From a virus (taxonomy: Duplodnaviria > Caudoviricetes), in IMG/VR virus record IMGVR_UViG_3300017645_000001, positions 1 through 59,434 of that record: DNA of 59,434 nucleotides; one strand, 5' to 3'. Under the pieces are notes generated by a model that ran no database searches, was not told the origin of the DNA, and worked only from the letters and a program-made list of their open reading frames with translations. The translations under genes and the position numbers were made by a program. Positions within the stretch are counted from its first letter, which is position 1. Every line of letters starts with the position of its first letter. Of the stretch, positions 18,830 through 29,229 are shown piece by piece.

Positions 18830-20221
18830 TCAGATGAGCAATGCGCTCGCGTTGGCGCGCGGCTTCACAGCCGGTCCAATCGTCGCAGCGGCCGAGAGAG
18901 ATGCGAGAGTTAAGTTCGCGGCAGCACTTGCCGGGTTCGTAACGATGATTGACGACAGCAACTCGCCAAGCGACGGCAGCGCGACAATGTCGACTGGATT
19001 GCTCGTCGTCGATGTCGCTTCCGAGCCGTTCAGAGACGCTGATAACGATGCGACAACGGAACTTTTTGCCTCCCCGGTCGCAGAACAGGCTTCGAGAGTC
19101 GGGCTGGCGGCTACAGAGGTCTCAACTGTCGCTGACGCGATAGACGTCGCCTCTCCGAGAACGATGTTCGCTAAGACCTCGGCCGACGATGCGTCCCCGG
19201 TCTGCGCATTGGCAGACAGCCCAACATCAGCGAGCAACACACCTGCCGAGACCGCAACGCCAACTGCTGCTGCGGCCACACACGCGACAGGATCGAGTGC
19301 AGCGTTCGTCTCCACCGCATCCGGATTGCTCGCCGCGGCAACCACAGTTGCCTGTTCAAGAACCACCGTCGCCTGCGCGGCGATAATGGCTCCCGCACCT
19401 ACGGATGCCGCCAAATCGCCGAACGTGGCAGAGGCGCTTGCCGCCACAGTGACCCCGACGGCCACTGCGGCAATCAGACCATCAAGCGGTCGGTCGAGCG
19501 AGACGCCGGCCGGTACCGACAAGCCCGCAGCAGCAGAGGCCCCCTCTAGCGTTACGGCGCTGCTTGCGGCGACCGGCACGGAAGCAGCCGCCGCGGCCGT
19601 TGCCGCGGAAAGCGACTTCGATAAGCCAACGTCAACCGGGACTGCGACAGAAGCCGCGACGACAACGCCGCCCAGCGTTTTCGCAAGCGCAGCGTTATTG
19701 CCCGAACTGGCTTGCGTCTCGATTTGAGCAAGCCCGTTGTAATTCCTCCCGTTGAACAGACCCCAACCGGCGCCGGTCGTCTTGTTCGCGTAGCTGCTCG
19801 TTGCCGCCTTGGCATTGGCGATGATACTGCTGTCGCCGCTGAGTTGCCGAATATTGGATGGGCTGCCCTCATCCGTGATGACGATGAGGCCCTGCGGCAG
19901 AGCGTAGTTTGTGATCTCCGAGTTGACGTCGGTGTTGATCCAATCGGACGTTACCGTGCCGCCCGCCGGGATTGTGACGCTCGCATTACCACCAAACGTG
20001 ATGGGGGTTGGCGTCGCGACAGTGTCCGTAAAGGTCGATGTGTTGCCGTCCCATCGTCCGAAGGACGCATGGTTGATGACGCGAGAGCCACTGCTTGCAG
20101 CAGCAAAAGTAAATCGGACCTGCCCTTGCGTGTTGCCAGTGACGTTCGTCAGTAGCCGCGCCGAGAACCCTTCATTCCCGCTATCGTCTGTCGTTAGCGT
20201 GAATGAACGAATTACAGCCAC
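18830..20221 (-). CDS. Ala/Val/Ser-rich repetitive virion fibre/decoration protein
   Basis: N-terminal beta-rich domain then imperfect ~22-aa periodic A/V/S repeats. Confidence 0.65.
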   Translation of the reverse strand: MAVIRSFTLTTDDSGNEGFSARLLTNVTGNTQGQVRFTFAAASSGSRVINHASFGRWDGNTSTFTDTVATPTPITFGGNASVTIPAGGTVTSDWINTDVNSEITNYALPQGLIVITDEGSPSNIRQLSGDSSIIANAKAATSSYANKTTGAGWGLFNGRNYNGLAQIETQASSGNNAALAKTLGGVVVAASVAVPVDVGLSKSLSAATAAAAASVPVAASSAVTLEGASAAAGLSVPAGVSLDRPLDGLIAAVAVGVTVAASASATFGDLAASVGAGAIIAAQATVVLEQATVVAAASNPDAVETNAALDPVACVAAAAVGVAVSAGVLLADVGLSANAQTGDASSAEVLANIVLGEATSIASATVETSVAASPTLEACSATGEAKSSVVASLSASLNGSEATSTTSNPVDIVALPSLGELLSSIIVTNPASAAANLTLASLSAAATIGPAVKPRANASALLI

Positions 20222-20246
20222 GGCTTCAGCCTCTGTAGATTAGGAA

Positions 20247-20654
20247 CTATGCGTTCCCATCCGTCAGCGTAAAGCTGGTGACGTTCACCGCTTGGCCGCT
20301 GGCGATCGAGGTATTGTCGATCGTCATATCCCCACCGCCGCCCGTCGCAGTGATGGTGCCCTGCATGTGGCAGGTTGTGCCGGAGCTATCCACGACACGG
20401 AAATATCCAGCAGACCCGCCCGCAAGGCCAGTGGTCGAGAGCGGAGTATTGCTGAAAGATTTCGACCCGCTGGAAGCGTTTGCCGCCCAATCCGAGCCAA
20501 GTGCAATCTCTGCAAGCTTAGTCCCGGTGGCAGAGGCCGCGCACGACGCCGGCATGGAACCGGAATAGATTTGTAGCTTCGCGCTCGCTCCGATCGCCGT
20601 CTCGACCGCGTCCAGACGTGCATTGCGCACGCTCACGGAAAGCTGAATGCCCAT
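20247..20654 (-). CDS. Conserved phage structural protein
   Basis: RNARLDA...LQIYSG..P...GTKLA...YFR...NTSIASGQAV. Confidence 0.75.
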   Translation of the reverse strand: MGIQLSVSVRNARLDAVETAIGASAKLQIYSGSMPASCAASATGTKLAEIALGSDWAANASSGSKSFSNTPLSTTGLAGGSAGYFRVVDSSGTTCHMQGTITATGGGGDMTIDNTSIASGQAVNVTSFTLTDGNA

Positions 20655-20668
20655 ATCGCATCCCTTCC

Positions 20669-21733
20669 TTAAGAGTAATCTTGCCCGACGGTATTGCCGA
20701 AGATTTCAGCCCCGCCGGAAACCGTTGTGAAAACGAAGATGTCTCGCTTCTCCGCGCCCGGCGTGACCTCGCCAACCGCGCCGCCCGCCCACACAAGTTC
20801 AGGCGCAGAAGGCCAGCCCGAGATTGCGAAATTGCCCGTATTCGTAACCTGAAGGATCAATCGGCCCGTCTTCCCTGCCGGCGGCCAGCCGACAAATCGC
20901 AGGTCCGTCACATTCGCTGCGAGGATCAGGTTTTGATACGGCCCCTTCGCATAGTCTATGACTACAGGAGCGCCACTTGCGACAACCTGCGGAACGTCAA
21001 GCGCGTTCTTGATCTCAACACTCACGTCCACCATGTCGCCGGCCTGCCCCACGCTGATCTGCATGTTGACGCCATCGAAATCGACGGCTTCGAACGGGGT
21101 TGGGCCAAGGCTTGCCGCGATCGTCGCGCATGTCTCGGCGCCATAGCTGTCGGACGGCATCAGCACCGCCACTGAATGAAGCGGTTCGGGCAGCCCCGTT
21201 GCGCCAATTTCGTATCTGTCATCGCTCAACTCGCAGGTCAGCGTCGTGACGCGGCGCGCGAGCTTAACTCCGGTCTCATCCTCGACCTGTCGATGGCTAT
21301 CCCGCTTCCAGACCCTCACATGGTTCTGAAACCAGATCGCCAGCGGGTCGCCGCCGGCAGCGAGTTGGCGGATGATCTGCGTTTCGAGCACATCAAGCGA
21401 CGCCTCAAGGCGAGCGTCAGTGTCGGGATAGACCAGAACGTAGCCGGACGGCTCGTCATCCGCCTTTTCCTGGCAGACCATGCCAATGTCGAGCACAAGC
21501 TCGATGTTCCTTCGGAATGGCGGGCCGCCATTCTGGTCGCTCAGTGCATCGCCTTCATCCCCGTCAGTGAGGACGAGAACAATTGCTTTGGCATCCTCTG
21601 CAAATGCTTCCGGCTGCTCGGCCGAGGCACGGCTGTCGTAGACGCGACCTTCCGCGATCGTTGGCCGATCGCCCTTGACGCCGGCGATCGCTTGCACGAC
21701 GGCAAGGCGAAGCGCGGTTCTCGCCAGTGTCAT
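20669..21733 (-). CDS. Putative tail terminator/neck protein fused to a fibre-type C-terminal domain
   Basis: LARTALRLAVV...TIAEGRVYDSR; C-terminal VIDYAKG..Q.L.L..N...ISGWP. Confidence 0.65.
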   Translation of the reverse strand: MTLARTALRLAVVQAIAGVKGDRPTIAEGRVYDSRASAEQPEAFAEDAKAIVLVLTDGDEGDALSDQNGGPPFRRNIELVLDIGMVCQEKADDEPSGYVLVYPDTDARLEASLDVLETQIIRQLAAGGDPLAIWFQNHVRVWKRDSHRQVEDETGVKLARRVTTLTCELSDDRYEIGATGLPEPLHSVAVLMPSDSYGAETCATIAASLGPTPFEAVDFDGVNMQISVGQAGDMVDVSVEIKNALDVPQVVASGAPVVIDYAKGPYQNLILAANVTDLRFVGWPPAGKTGRLILQVTNTGNFAISGWPSAPELVWAGGAVGEVTPGAEKRDIFVFTTVSGGAEIFGNTVGQDYS

Positions 21734-22125
21734 CGTTTTTTCGCCGTCAGGTAGAGCAGTGTCCGGCCGAAGCCATCAGGAACGGTGCGGGATACGGAGT
21801 ATGTTTCACCTGTCTCGACCCTGGTGCAGGTGTCACCGTCCCGCGGCAGCCACGGCAGAGCCACATCCTCGACAGTCACGCGCGGGCCCGAAACCACCGC
21901 TCCCTGAGCATTGTCCGACGCTAGACCCCTCGCATTTGGAAAACGCTCCTTCGAGGCGCCGGCGAAGACACCGACCACCGTAAAAGCCGACCGTGATGCA
22001 TCAGCAACGCGCGGCTTATTCACGTCCTCGTCGTCACCGACCCGGCGTGCCGTGAAGGTGAAATCCTCGCCAAAGGCGCGCGCAAGCGCAGCAGAAAGCT
22101 TCGCAGCACGTTGCGCGTTGACCAT
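21730..22125 (-). CDS. Head-tail joining protein
   Basis: PRDGD...TYSV....PDGFGRTLLYL; follows capsid gene. Confidence 0.7.
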   Translation of the reverse strand: MVNAQRAAKLSAALARAFGEDFTFTARRVGDDEDVNKPRVADASRSAFTVVGVFAGASKERFPNARGLASDNAQGAVVSGPRVTVEDVALPWLPRDGDTCTRVETGETYSVSRTVPDGFGRTLLYLTAKKR

Positions 22126-22161
22126 CGGCGAGGACCGGGGTTGTCGTGACCTAGGCCGCTA

Positions 22162-23190
22162 TCAGGTCCGCCGCGCTTTGTAGAGGGCGGCCGGCATGGT
22201 GCAGACCGGGAGCGGATACGAGTAAACCTCAACATCCGCCCAAGCATTGCGGTCCTTGTCGGTCACGATGGCCGAATAGCGCGCCTGGCCAAGCTGGCCG
22301 ACGTGCTCGAAGCTCTCGCCCGGCGACGTTGCCCAACGGAAGATGCCGGCCCCGACCGGGAAGAAGTGACACTTGTCGGTGTTGACGCCGAGCGTCGAGC
22401 CGTCGTCGGTCCCTCGATAGTTGACGAAGTCGATATTGCCATAACGGAACGTCGACCATTCCTGCCCGTGGTTGTTCCGCAGGTCACTCGCCTGCTGTTG
22501 GTTCAGGAACGTCTCACGGACCTCAGTATTGTTCGTCAGGTCGTCATAGAAATTGTCGCCACACAGAGCGACGATCCGCGACGGCGAGCCAACGCCTTTC
22601 AGCCCCTTCAGCACTGAGCGGCGGACGGCGTTGCACTTCTTACGGATGGCGCCGGGCGCCGGGCTCACGTTGTCGAGGTCGAAATCGACTTCACCCGGGA
22701 TCGACTGGCCGAATTCTGTCGCCCAATCGTAGACCACGGTGCCGTTCTTATCTTTCACCTTCGCATCGGTGAGGCAGTTGAACCGATGGTACTCAAAGGT
22801 GAGGTTGAAGTTCTGGCCGATCTTGAACTGGCGACGACCGACTTCGCTTTGAAGCGTCTTCAGCGCCGTTTCCGAGCCGAATGCACGGATTCCCAAGAGT
22901 TCGCTCGCGGTGATCCGCGAACTGTCGGCGACGCGCATCGTGCTGAAGGCACGCGCCTTGCGAATATCGCCACCTTCCGAGTTCGGGGCGCTGCCGCGCG
23001 GCGAGAACGGCAGAATGATTGCACCAGTCTCTCGTTCCTCGATCCAGACTTCCGTTGTGCGAACCGGATCGGGCACCCAAAGACCGGGAATCGAGCCGAG
23101 AAAATCCGGGACGAAGTCCATTTTGTCGATTGCCGCCGTCAGCGAGACAGCGCTGAAGGCATCCTGCTTGAAAACGTCCATCGTAAGCAT
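22162..23190 (-). CDS. Major capsid protein (lambda gpE family)
   Basis: DVFKQDAFSAVSLTAAI...TFEYHR...SYPLPVCT.P. Confidence 0.93.
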   Translation of the reverse strand: MLTMDVFKQDAFSAVSLTAAIDKMDFVPDFLGSIPGLWVPDPVRTTEVWIEERETGAIILPFSPRGSAPNSEGGDIRKARAFSTMRVADSSRITASELLGIRAFGSETALKTLQSEVGRRQFKIGQNFNLTFEYHRFNCLTDAKVKDKNGTVVYDWATEFGQSIPGEVDFDLDNVSPAPGAIRKKCNAVRRSVLKGLKGVGSPSRIVALCGDNFYDDLTNNTEVRETFLNQQQASDLRNNHGQEWSTFRYGNIDFVNYRGTDDGSTLGVNTDKCHFFPVGAGIFRWATSPGESFEHVGQLGQARYSAIVTDKDRNAWADVEVYSYPLPVCTMPAALYKARRT

Positions 23191-23300
23191 GGTCGATGTT
23201 CCTTATGGTGGGTTTTGCTTCAGCGCAGAACGACATCGCCGGCAGCTATGCCGCCGGCGCTATGCCTTGCCTTCAGCTTTTCGGTTGAGTGAGCGGCGCT

Positions 23301-23975
23301 TTACCGGCAGACGATGCCGAGCGCTTCGAGCTGACGAACGGCCTCGGCTTTCTGAACCGCAGTAATGCCGGCGGGCCAGGTCAGGTCAGCCCCGCGAACC
23401 TCGCACGGGCCGCGAACGATCGCGGCAATCTTCGCGGTTTCGCCCGCGCCAGTGACAGCGCCATAGACGGCAACGCCAGCCGCCTTGGCGAAGTCGCCGG
23501 TCTTGGTGAGGTCGAGAGCAGAATACTCGTAGTCGTCCTGCTCGATGCCGACATTGATACTGAATGCGTCGCCAACAACGAAGTCGGCGGCATCGGCAAT
23601 CACGAACTTGATCTGATTGGCGAATGTCGCGCCAACCGCAACGCTGCCGATCTGCACACCCTGCGGATCAAAGACCGCAAAAGTCCCTGCGTTCGAGGCC
23701 GGTTCCACACAGACAGCCCGATAGCGGCCGTCTTGCGCACCATCGAGGACCGGAGTCGTCGGGTCCATCGTGATCGCGCCGGAGCCCGCAGTGTTGCTGG
23801 CGTCAGCCGCCGCCGAAACGGTCGTGTTGGCCGCAACCGCGTTGCGCGCGAGCACCGTGCCCGGAAGGATCGTCTGCGACGCCGCAATCGTCACGGCTTC
23901 GCGCGTGTAGTAAGGCCCATTGCTCTCGCTGATGATGAAAGCGCCGGGATGAAGGGTTTCGGTAAGGGTGACCAT
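23301..23975 (-). CDS. Head decoration protein (gpD-like) with insertion
   Basis: FIISES...TRE.VTI...GTVL; LTWPAGIT..QK..A..QL..LGI. Confidence 0.85.
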   Translation of the reverse strand: MVTLTETLHPGAFIISESNGPYYTREAVTIAASQTILPGTVLARNAVAANTTVSAAADASNTAGSGAITMDPTTPVLDGAQDGRYRAVCVEPASNAGTFAVFDPQGVQIGSVAVGATFANQIKFVIADAADFVVGDAFSINVGIEQDDYEYSALDLTKTGDFAKAAGVAVYGAVTGAGETAKIAAIVRGPCEVRGADLTWPAGITAVQKAEAVRQLEALGIVCR

Positions 23976-24028
23976 TTTTCACCTATCTGGATGATGTTGC
24001 GGCGCTGCCGCGGTGTCTCGCCGGGCGC

Positions 24029-25363
24029 TTACTGACGCGCACCGAACTGCTTGTTGATGCTGGCCGCCACTTCCTCGGGCGAGAGCGTTTCGGCCGAACC
24101 GCCCGGCTTGCCGGGATCAAGAGCCAACCCGATCGGGCTGTCCGCAGACCTCGCGCCCGGCGCGGTCTCTTTCGGGAGCGCCGCGAGAGTTACCTTCGCC
24201 GCATCGGCCGACATATCCGTCGTCAGGGCGAGCGAGAGTGCGGCAGCCTGGCGGCCCTTGGATTCCTCAAGGGAGGTGATCGCCTTGATGCGCTCGCGCT
24301 CGGCGGACGCCCCCTCTTTGATGCCGTCCGCTTTCGCGCTGGCAACGGCAGTTTCCTTCTCTTTCGCAGCAACCTCGCGAGCTTCCGTTGAAGCCGCTGC
24401 AACAGCCTGATCGACGTCCGCCTGGGTGAACGTCTTCGTCGTCTTGTCCGTCATTTCTTCGGTTCCCTCTACTGGGTTCAGTTCACCCGCAAATGCGGTC
24501 ACAGCGTCCACGACAACCCCGGTCCCATCGACGAGGCCGACGCGCTGTGCTTCGTCGGCCATGTAGGTGAGCGCTTTGGTTGCGCGAACGTCTTCCTCCT
24601 GCATGCCGCGATTACGCGCGACAGCCTCAACAAAGATCGAGTAGAGTGCCTCTGTGCGCTCGCGCAGCCGCGCTTCGCCGGCTGCATTCAATCTCTTGTG
24701 CGGATAGGTGTCGGTCTTATGGCCGCCCTTCGGTGCATCGATGAGCGTGACCTTGATCCCGGCTGCATCGAGAGCACCGGAGATGTCAACGTGCATTGAC
24801 ACAGTGCCGATGCTGCCAACCCCGCCGGTTCTGGTTACAAGAACGCGATCAGCAGCCGATGACAGTGCATAGGAGGCTGAGTACGAAAACTCACAGAAGG
24901 CACGCATCGGCTTCTTGCCACGCTGCGCATAGATGAAATCACAGAGGTCCATGCACTCCTGAACCTCGCCACCACCGCTATCGTGCAGCCACGCGATGCC
25001 TTTCACATTTTGGTCGGATAGCCCGCGCTCCAATGCACGGCGCAAATAGGTGTATCCAGTCGCGAGCGAGCCGACAGCGAAAGAGAAATCTGCGAGTAGA
25101 ATTCCCTTGACCGGAATTTGCAGAAGCCCATCAACAACGACGTATGGACGATATTGCGCCTTCCAGCTACCCGGCTCTGGCCAGAAGCCGTCTTCCGAAG
25201 CCGTTTCGGTCAGCATATCGCAGAGGCGATCGACGCCGGACAGAGCTGCAAGCGCGCCCTCAAAGCGGTCAATAGCCTCGGCTGCCAACATGACCGGCGC
25301 ATTCACGAAGCGCGAGAAGAGCGGGCTGCCCGTCGCCTCACTCGATAGGTTGATTTCTCGCAT
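24029..25363 (-). CDS. S49 family prohead protease/scaffold (gpC-like)
   Basis: DSGGGE, SASYALSS, GSIGTV; C-terminal ERERIKAI scaffold. Confidence 0.9.
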   Translation of the reverse strand: MREINLSSEATGSPLFSRFVNAPVMLAAEAIDRFEGALAALSGVDRLCDMLTETASEDGFWPEPGSWKAQYRPYVVVDGLLQIPVKGILLADFSFAVGSLATGYTYLRRALERGLSDQNVKGIAWLHDSGGGEVQECMDLCDFIYAQRGKKPMRAFCEFSYSASYALSSAADRVLVTRTGGVGSIGTVSMHVDISGALDAAGIKVTLIDAPKGGHKTDTYPHKRLNAAGEARLRERTEALYSIFVEAVARNRGMQEEDVRATKALTYMADEAQRVGLVDGTGVVVDAVTAFAGELNPVEGTEEMTDKTTKTFTQADVDQAVAAASTEAREVAAKEKETAVASAKADGIKEGASAERERIKAITSLEESKGRQAAALSLALTTDMSADAAKVTLAALPKETAPGARSADSPIGLALDPGKPGGSAETLSPEEVAASINKQFGARQ

Positions 25364-25368
25364 TCCGT

Positions 25369-25632
25369 TCACCATCGACGCGCCCCGCCGCGGATCGCAA
25401 ACCGCCTCACCCGCCCCGGCACGTCAGTTCCGTTCGCGGCAGCACACTCGCTTTCCGCCGCGTCCAACTCGGCCTTGAGGCGCGCCAGATCGGCGCGCAC
25501 GAAGCGCACTTCCTGGTCTCCCTCGCTCGTCGAGTGCCGGATCAAGCTTTCCGACGCACCGCTGATCAGCGCGTAGTAGGCGCCGCGTAGCGCGTTGGCG
25601 CGATCGCATGGATTGGTCCAATCGACAGCCAT
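25369..25632 (-). CDS. Head-to-tail joining protein (gpW-like)
   Basis: Follows portal; EVRF..ADLARLKAEL. Confidence 0.7.
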   Translation of the reverse strand: MAVDWTNPCDRANALRGAYYALISGASESLIRHSTSEGDQEVRFVRADLARLKAELDAAESECAAANGTDVPGRVRRFAIRGGARRW

Positions 25633-25636
25633 CGCG

Positions 25637-27232
25637 TCAGTCCTGTGTCACAAGCTTGTCGGCGACCGGATCGGCCGGCGCGGGTTGCAGCGTGTCCGTC
25701 TCGGGCAGGCCGAGTTTCGCGCGCAGCTTTTTCTCGCGATCGCGCTGTTCGTACTCGTCTTCCCAATCGAAACCGAGATCAGCGCTGATCCGCTCGTCAG
25801 ACATGATGCCGAGGCGCTTATAGACCTCATGCGCCTTGGCTGTTTTCAGGTCATCGGCCTGCGGCTTCGCCGGGCCGCGCCATTCTGCGCGGCACACAGC
25901 GTCTCGATTTTCGAGAAATGCCTCGATCCCGCCAGGGAACGGAAGCCGGCCAGCCTCGATTTCTTCCTCAAGCCACGCCTCGTAAACGGTCTGGTAGAAC
26001 CGACCGACGATATTTTGCCGGCGGGCGAGAATGATCGGCCATGTCTCTGACGTCGCCATCCGGACCGACGAATAGGTCGCACCGCTGTAATCGCCCGTTA
26101 GCGTCTCAAAGGTCATGCCGAGACAGCGAGCAATTTCACGCAGCAAGAACTTCGCGAACGCCTCATATGTCGCGTTTGGCGATTTCGAAGCGTGAAATTC
26201 CAGCTTCTCGCCGGGGAACAGATGCGCAATCCGACCAGACCGCCCTAGATCGATCTTCGTCGACTTGTACCAACTCGTTTTCGCGGAAAGATAACCGTCG
26301 ATCGATGGGGACCCGACGCCTTGCCTCTGCTCTTCCTCGTCTTGAAGCGCAGAAAGAATCTGCTCGGTCGGCGCCTCACTCTGAATTGTTGCTGCAAAGA
26401 TCGCTTGGATCAGTGCGGCGGTCAGTGTCGCATCCGACAATTGATCGAACTGACGGACGACGCGCAGGGCCGGCGCCATCGGCGTGATGCCGCGAACCTG
26501 ATCTGGCAAACCGTCGAAGATGTGGAAGACCTGCGGGCGCCCAAAACTGTCGCGCGCCGGGACATCGACCGTATCCTCGTAATCGCTGCCGATCTTCAGA
26601 CGGAGCCGGTAGCCCTTCGGGAAGCCCCAATCGTCCATCAAGACGCCTTGGAACATCCGAATGTTATCGCCGTCCTGCGTCAGCTTGTGAGCCGGCAGCA
26701 ACTTGACCTTTGTCTTGGTGCGAGACACACGGCGGCGGACGGCAGGAAGCAGCCCAAGGGCCTCGCCGTGGCTGAAGTAGCTCATCAACACCGAGCGGGC
26801 CAACTGGCCCATGTTGTGCTTGCCTGCGGCGTCGCACTCGATCGGATTGTCGGCCCATCCCTCAAAGCGGCGCTCCACCGTGCGCGCCCACGAACCGGCC
26901 TCGTCGGTCGTCCAACCGAGAACATCGAACTCTGGCTTTGACGCAAGCCGCAGGCCGTTGCCGACGGTGACCGCTGTCGCCTGCTCTACCGCGCCGGCCA
27001 GCCAGCCAGAGTTTTGCAGGCCATCCACGGCGCGCGCCGCGGCTTCGATGTAGCTCGCGCTGACGTCGTCGCGCTGGTCGCGGAGCGACGGCGTCCAACT
27101 GAAGAAGAAAGGGCTCTCATTCCCGCGCATGTAATGCGCACTGGTACGCCCATGTATGGCAGGTACTTGCACAGGACGCGCATTTGTCCCGTCGCTTCCA
27201 ATGCGGAAGCGCGGTTTTGCCTGTGCTTGCAT
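25637..27232 (-). CDS. Portal protein, lambda family
   Basis: VFHIFD...QVRGITPMAP...LTGDYSGATYSSVR. Confidence 0.93.
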   Translation of the reverse strand: MQAQAKPRFRIGSDGTNARPVQVPAIHGRTSAHYMRGNESPFFFSWTPSLRDQRDDVSASYIEAAARAVDGLQNSGWLAGAVEQATAVTVGNGLRLASKPEFDVLGWTTDEAGSWARTVERRFEGWADNPIECDAAGKHNMGQLARSVLMSYFSHGEALGLLPAVRRRVSRTKTKVKLLPAHKLTQDGDNIRMFQGVLMDDWGFPKGYRLRLKIGSDYEDTVDVPARDSFGRPQVFHIFDGLPDQVRGITPMAPALRVVRQFDQLSDATLTAALIQAIFAATIQSEAPTEQILSALQDEEEQRQGVGSPSIDGYLSAKTSWYKSTKIDLGRSGRIAHLFPGEKLEFHASKSPNATYEAFAKFLLREIARCLGMTFETLTGDYSGATYSSVRMATSETWPIILARRQNIVGRFYQTVYEAWLEEEIEAGRLPFPGGIEAFLENRDAVCRAEWRGPAKPQADDLKTAKAHEVYKRLGIMSDERISADLGFDWEDEYEQRDREKKLRAKLGLPETDTLQPAPADPVADKLVTQD

Positions 27233-27237
27233 GCAAA

Positions 27238-29229
27238 TTACCTGTTCAGGTCTTCAGCAAACCGCGAGAAGCGGTCGTTGCCTTTTGGCTTTGCCGACGA
27301 CGGGGGCGCTGAGTTGTCAGCCTCGACAGCCGCTCGCCTACGGCGCGCGCCCAGCTTGATATGCTGCACGTTCAGCATGTAGCCCGCGGCGGATGCCATC
27401 GCCTCGGCGTCGAGGAAATGGTTGTCGCGGGCCTTCTCAATCCAGACCGGCTTTCCGCCCGGTCCGCGCACCATCGCCTCGGCCACGATCTGTCGGCAAT
27501 AATCCTCGGTTACGTCCTCGGGCAGATGCCACGCGCCCGGTTGATCGAGCGGCCACGCCAGGCGTTCATGCACCCACGATTTCCAATGGTTCGGATCGAG
27601 CCGGATAAGGTCGAGCCCATACTTCGACTGCTTGCCCTGCTGCGTGACCTCGATCTTTCGCCGCACCAGCGGCGTCACCATCGCGTGGGAACTGCCCTTT
27701 GTCGCAAAAACGAAGCTGCGGAAGCGCCGCGCGAACTCGTAGACGCGATTAACTGGCACATCGAGCTTCTTGCCAGGCCGAAATCCGCTATCGACGAACG
27801 CCAGCTTGATCAACAGGCCATCGATCGGCGCGGTCAGCAGTTCTGCAAGATCATCCCAGACCTGCGGCTCCGCAGTGTTGCCCCACAACTCACCAAAACC
27901 GACCAGCCACGACGTAGCGCGGGCGCCCCATGCCCTCACCACCCACGGGATACGGTTCTTTTGAACGTCTCCACCGAAGGTCAGAAACAGCGCCTCATCC
28001 GGCACACTGCCGCAGGAATACGGCTCAGCGCGGGCCTTGATCGCCTCCCACTCCGGCAGATCACCACCATCGTCGGTGAATACCTCACCGAATCCAGCGT
28101 TGATAGCGACTTGGATCTTCTCAGCTTCGCCAGACTTGAGCGCCGTCAGGTATTCTTCAGCCCGCTCGCCAAGTGTTACGAAGGGCGAAGCAAGGCCGCT
28201 GCACCATCGCGAGAGCGTCGCGCTATCAGGCGGATCACCAACGACGTTGCCGTCTTCGTCGATCGTCTGACCTGGCGCCACATAGCGGCCAGCGGCATTC
28301 ATGCCGGCCTTGTCTTCCTCCCGAATGACGCAACCGTTCTTCGGGCACTCGATCCAGGCATCACGGCGCGCTTGAGCAGGCGTCGCTGCCTTCGGCCACC
28401 GCAGCAGCTTGAACCGCGGCACAAACCACTCACCGCAGTGAGGGCAGCGCCACACCCAATGATATCGCGTCCCCTCCTGCCAAAGCTTCCAGATGGGCGA
28501 GAAGTCCTCACCGGGGTCTTCGACCATCTTCCAGAACTCTAGGCCGTTCGCCGCGTCCCGCTCGATTTCGACCAGCCCGCGCGACGGCGTCGACGTAACC
28601 CCGACGACAAAGTCCGCGTAGGTGTAGCCGCGGGCCTCGACGAGCCCGAGCGGGTCGCCCTGCCCCTGCACATCGGTGCGCATCGCATCGTATTCGTCGA
28701 TTAGCGCGATTGCAGCCGGGTCGGACTTCAAAGCCGTCTGCGAACCCGCGTGCGCCAGACGCACCCGGACACCCGCAACGCGCTTGAGCGTCCGTTTCTG
28801 CCGCTTCCCCTCGACGCCGCCGATCATCTTCGTGTGCAGCGACGATTGCCGGAAAAGTTCGTTCAGCCGCGGCTCGAACTGGTCGGTATTGAACTCCTTC
28901 GACGGCCCGACATACAGGATTGGGGCTGGCCGGTTATCGAGACGCTCCCCGATGATGTCGAGAAAGGTCTCGGTTTTGCCCATCTGGGCACCCTCGACCT
29001 GAACAACCCGGCGATATCGCTGATCGCCAAAAGAGCGCCCAAACGGCACGTTGTAGGCCGCAAGATACGGGTCGCGCCGACCGGGCCTACCGGTTTCCGG
29101 TCCGTAAACCCTCTGCCGGCCCCACTCGTCAGGCTCCTGTCTCCTCGCTCTCCACAAGCACTTCGCGGCCAGCCCGTAAATCGCGCTCCGCTTGCTGGAA
29201 GCGGTCGCGACAGCGATCAATTGCCCCAT
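27238..29229 (-). CDS. Terminase large subunit (GpA family); true start may be slightly downstream
   Basis: GAQMGKTE Walker A, IDEYD Walker B, TSTP, CPHCGE, NHFLDAE. Confidence 0.95.
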   Translation of the reverse strand: MGQLIAVATASSKRSAIYGLAAKCLWRARRQEPDEWGRQRVYGPETGRPGRRDPYLAAYNVPFGRSFGDQRYRRVVQVEGAQMGKTETFLDIIGERLDNRPAPILYVGPSKEFNTDQFEPRLNELFRQSSLHTKMIGGVEGKRQKRTLKRVAGVRVRLAHAGSQTALKSDPAAIALIDEYDAMRTDVQGQGDPLGLVEARGYTYADFVVGVTSTPSRGLVEIERDAANGLEFWKMVEDPGEDFSPIWKLWQEGTRYHWVWRCPHCGEWFVPRFKLLRWPKAATPAQARRDAWIECPKNGCVIREEDKAGMNAAGRYVAPGQTIDEDGNVVGDPPDSATLSRWCSGLASPFVTLGERAEEYLTALKSGEAEKIQVAINAGFGEVFTDDGGDLPEWEAIKARAEPYSCGSVPDEALFLTFGGDVQKNRIPWVVRAWGARATSWLVGFGELWGNTAEPQVWDDLAELLTAPIDGLLIKLAFVDSGFRPGKKLDVPVNRVYEFARRFRSFVFATKGSSHAMVTPLVRRKIEVTQQGKQSKYGLDLIRLDPNHWKSWVHERLAWPLDQPGAWHLPEDVTEDYCRQIVAEAMVRGPGGKPVWIEKARDNHFLDAEAMASAAGYMLNVQHIKLGARRRRAAVEADNSAPPSSAKPKGNDRFSRFAEDLNR

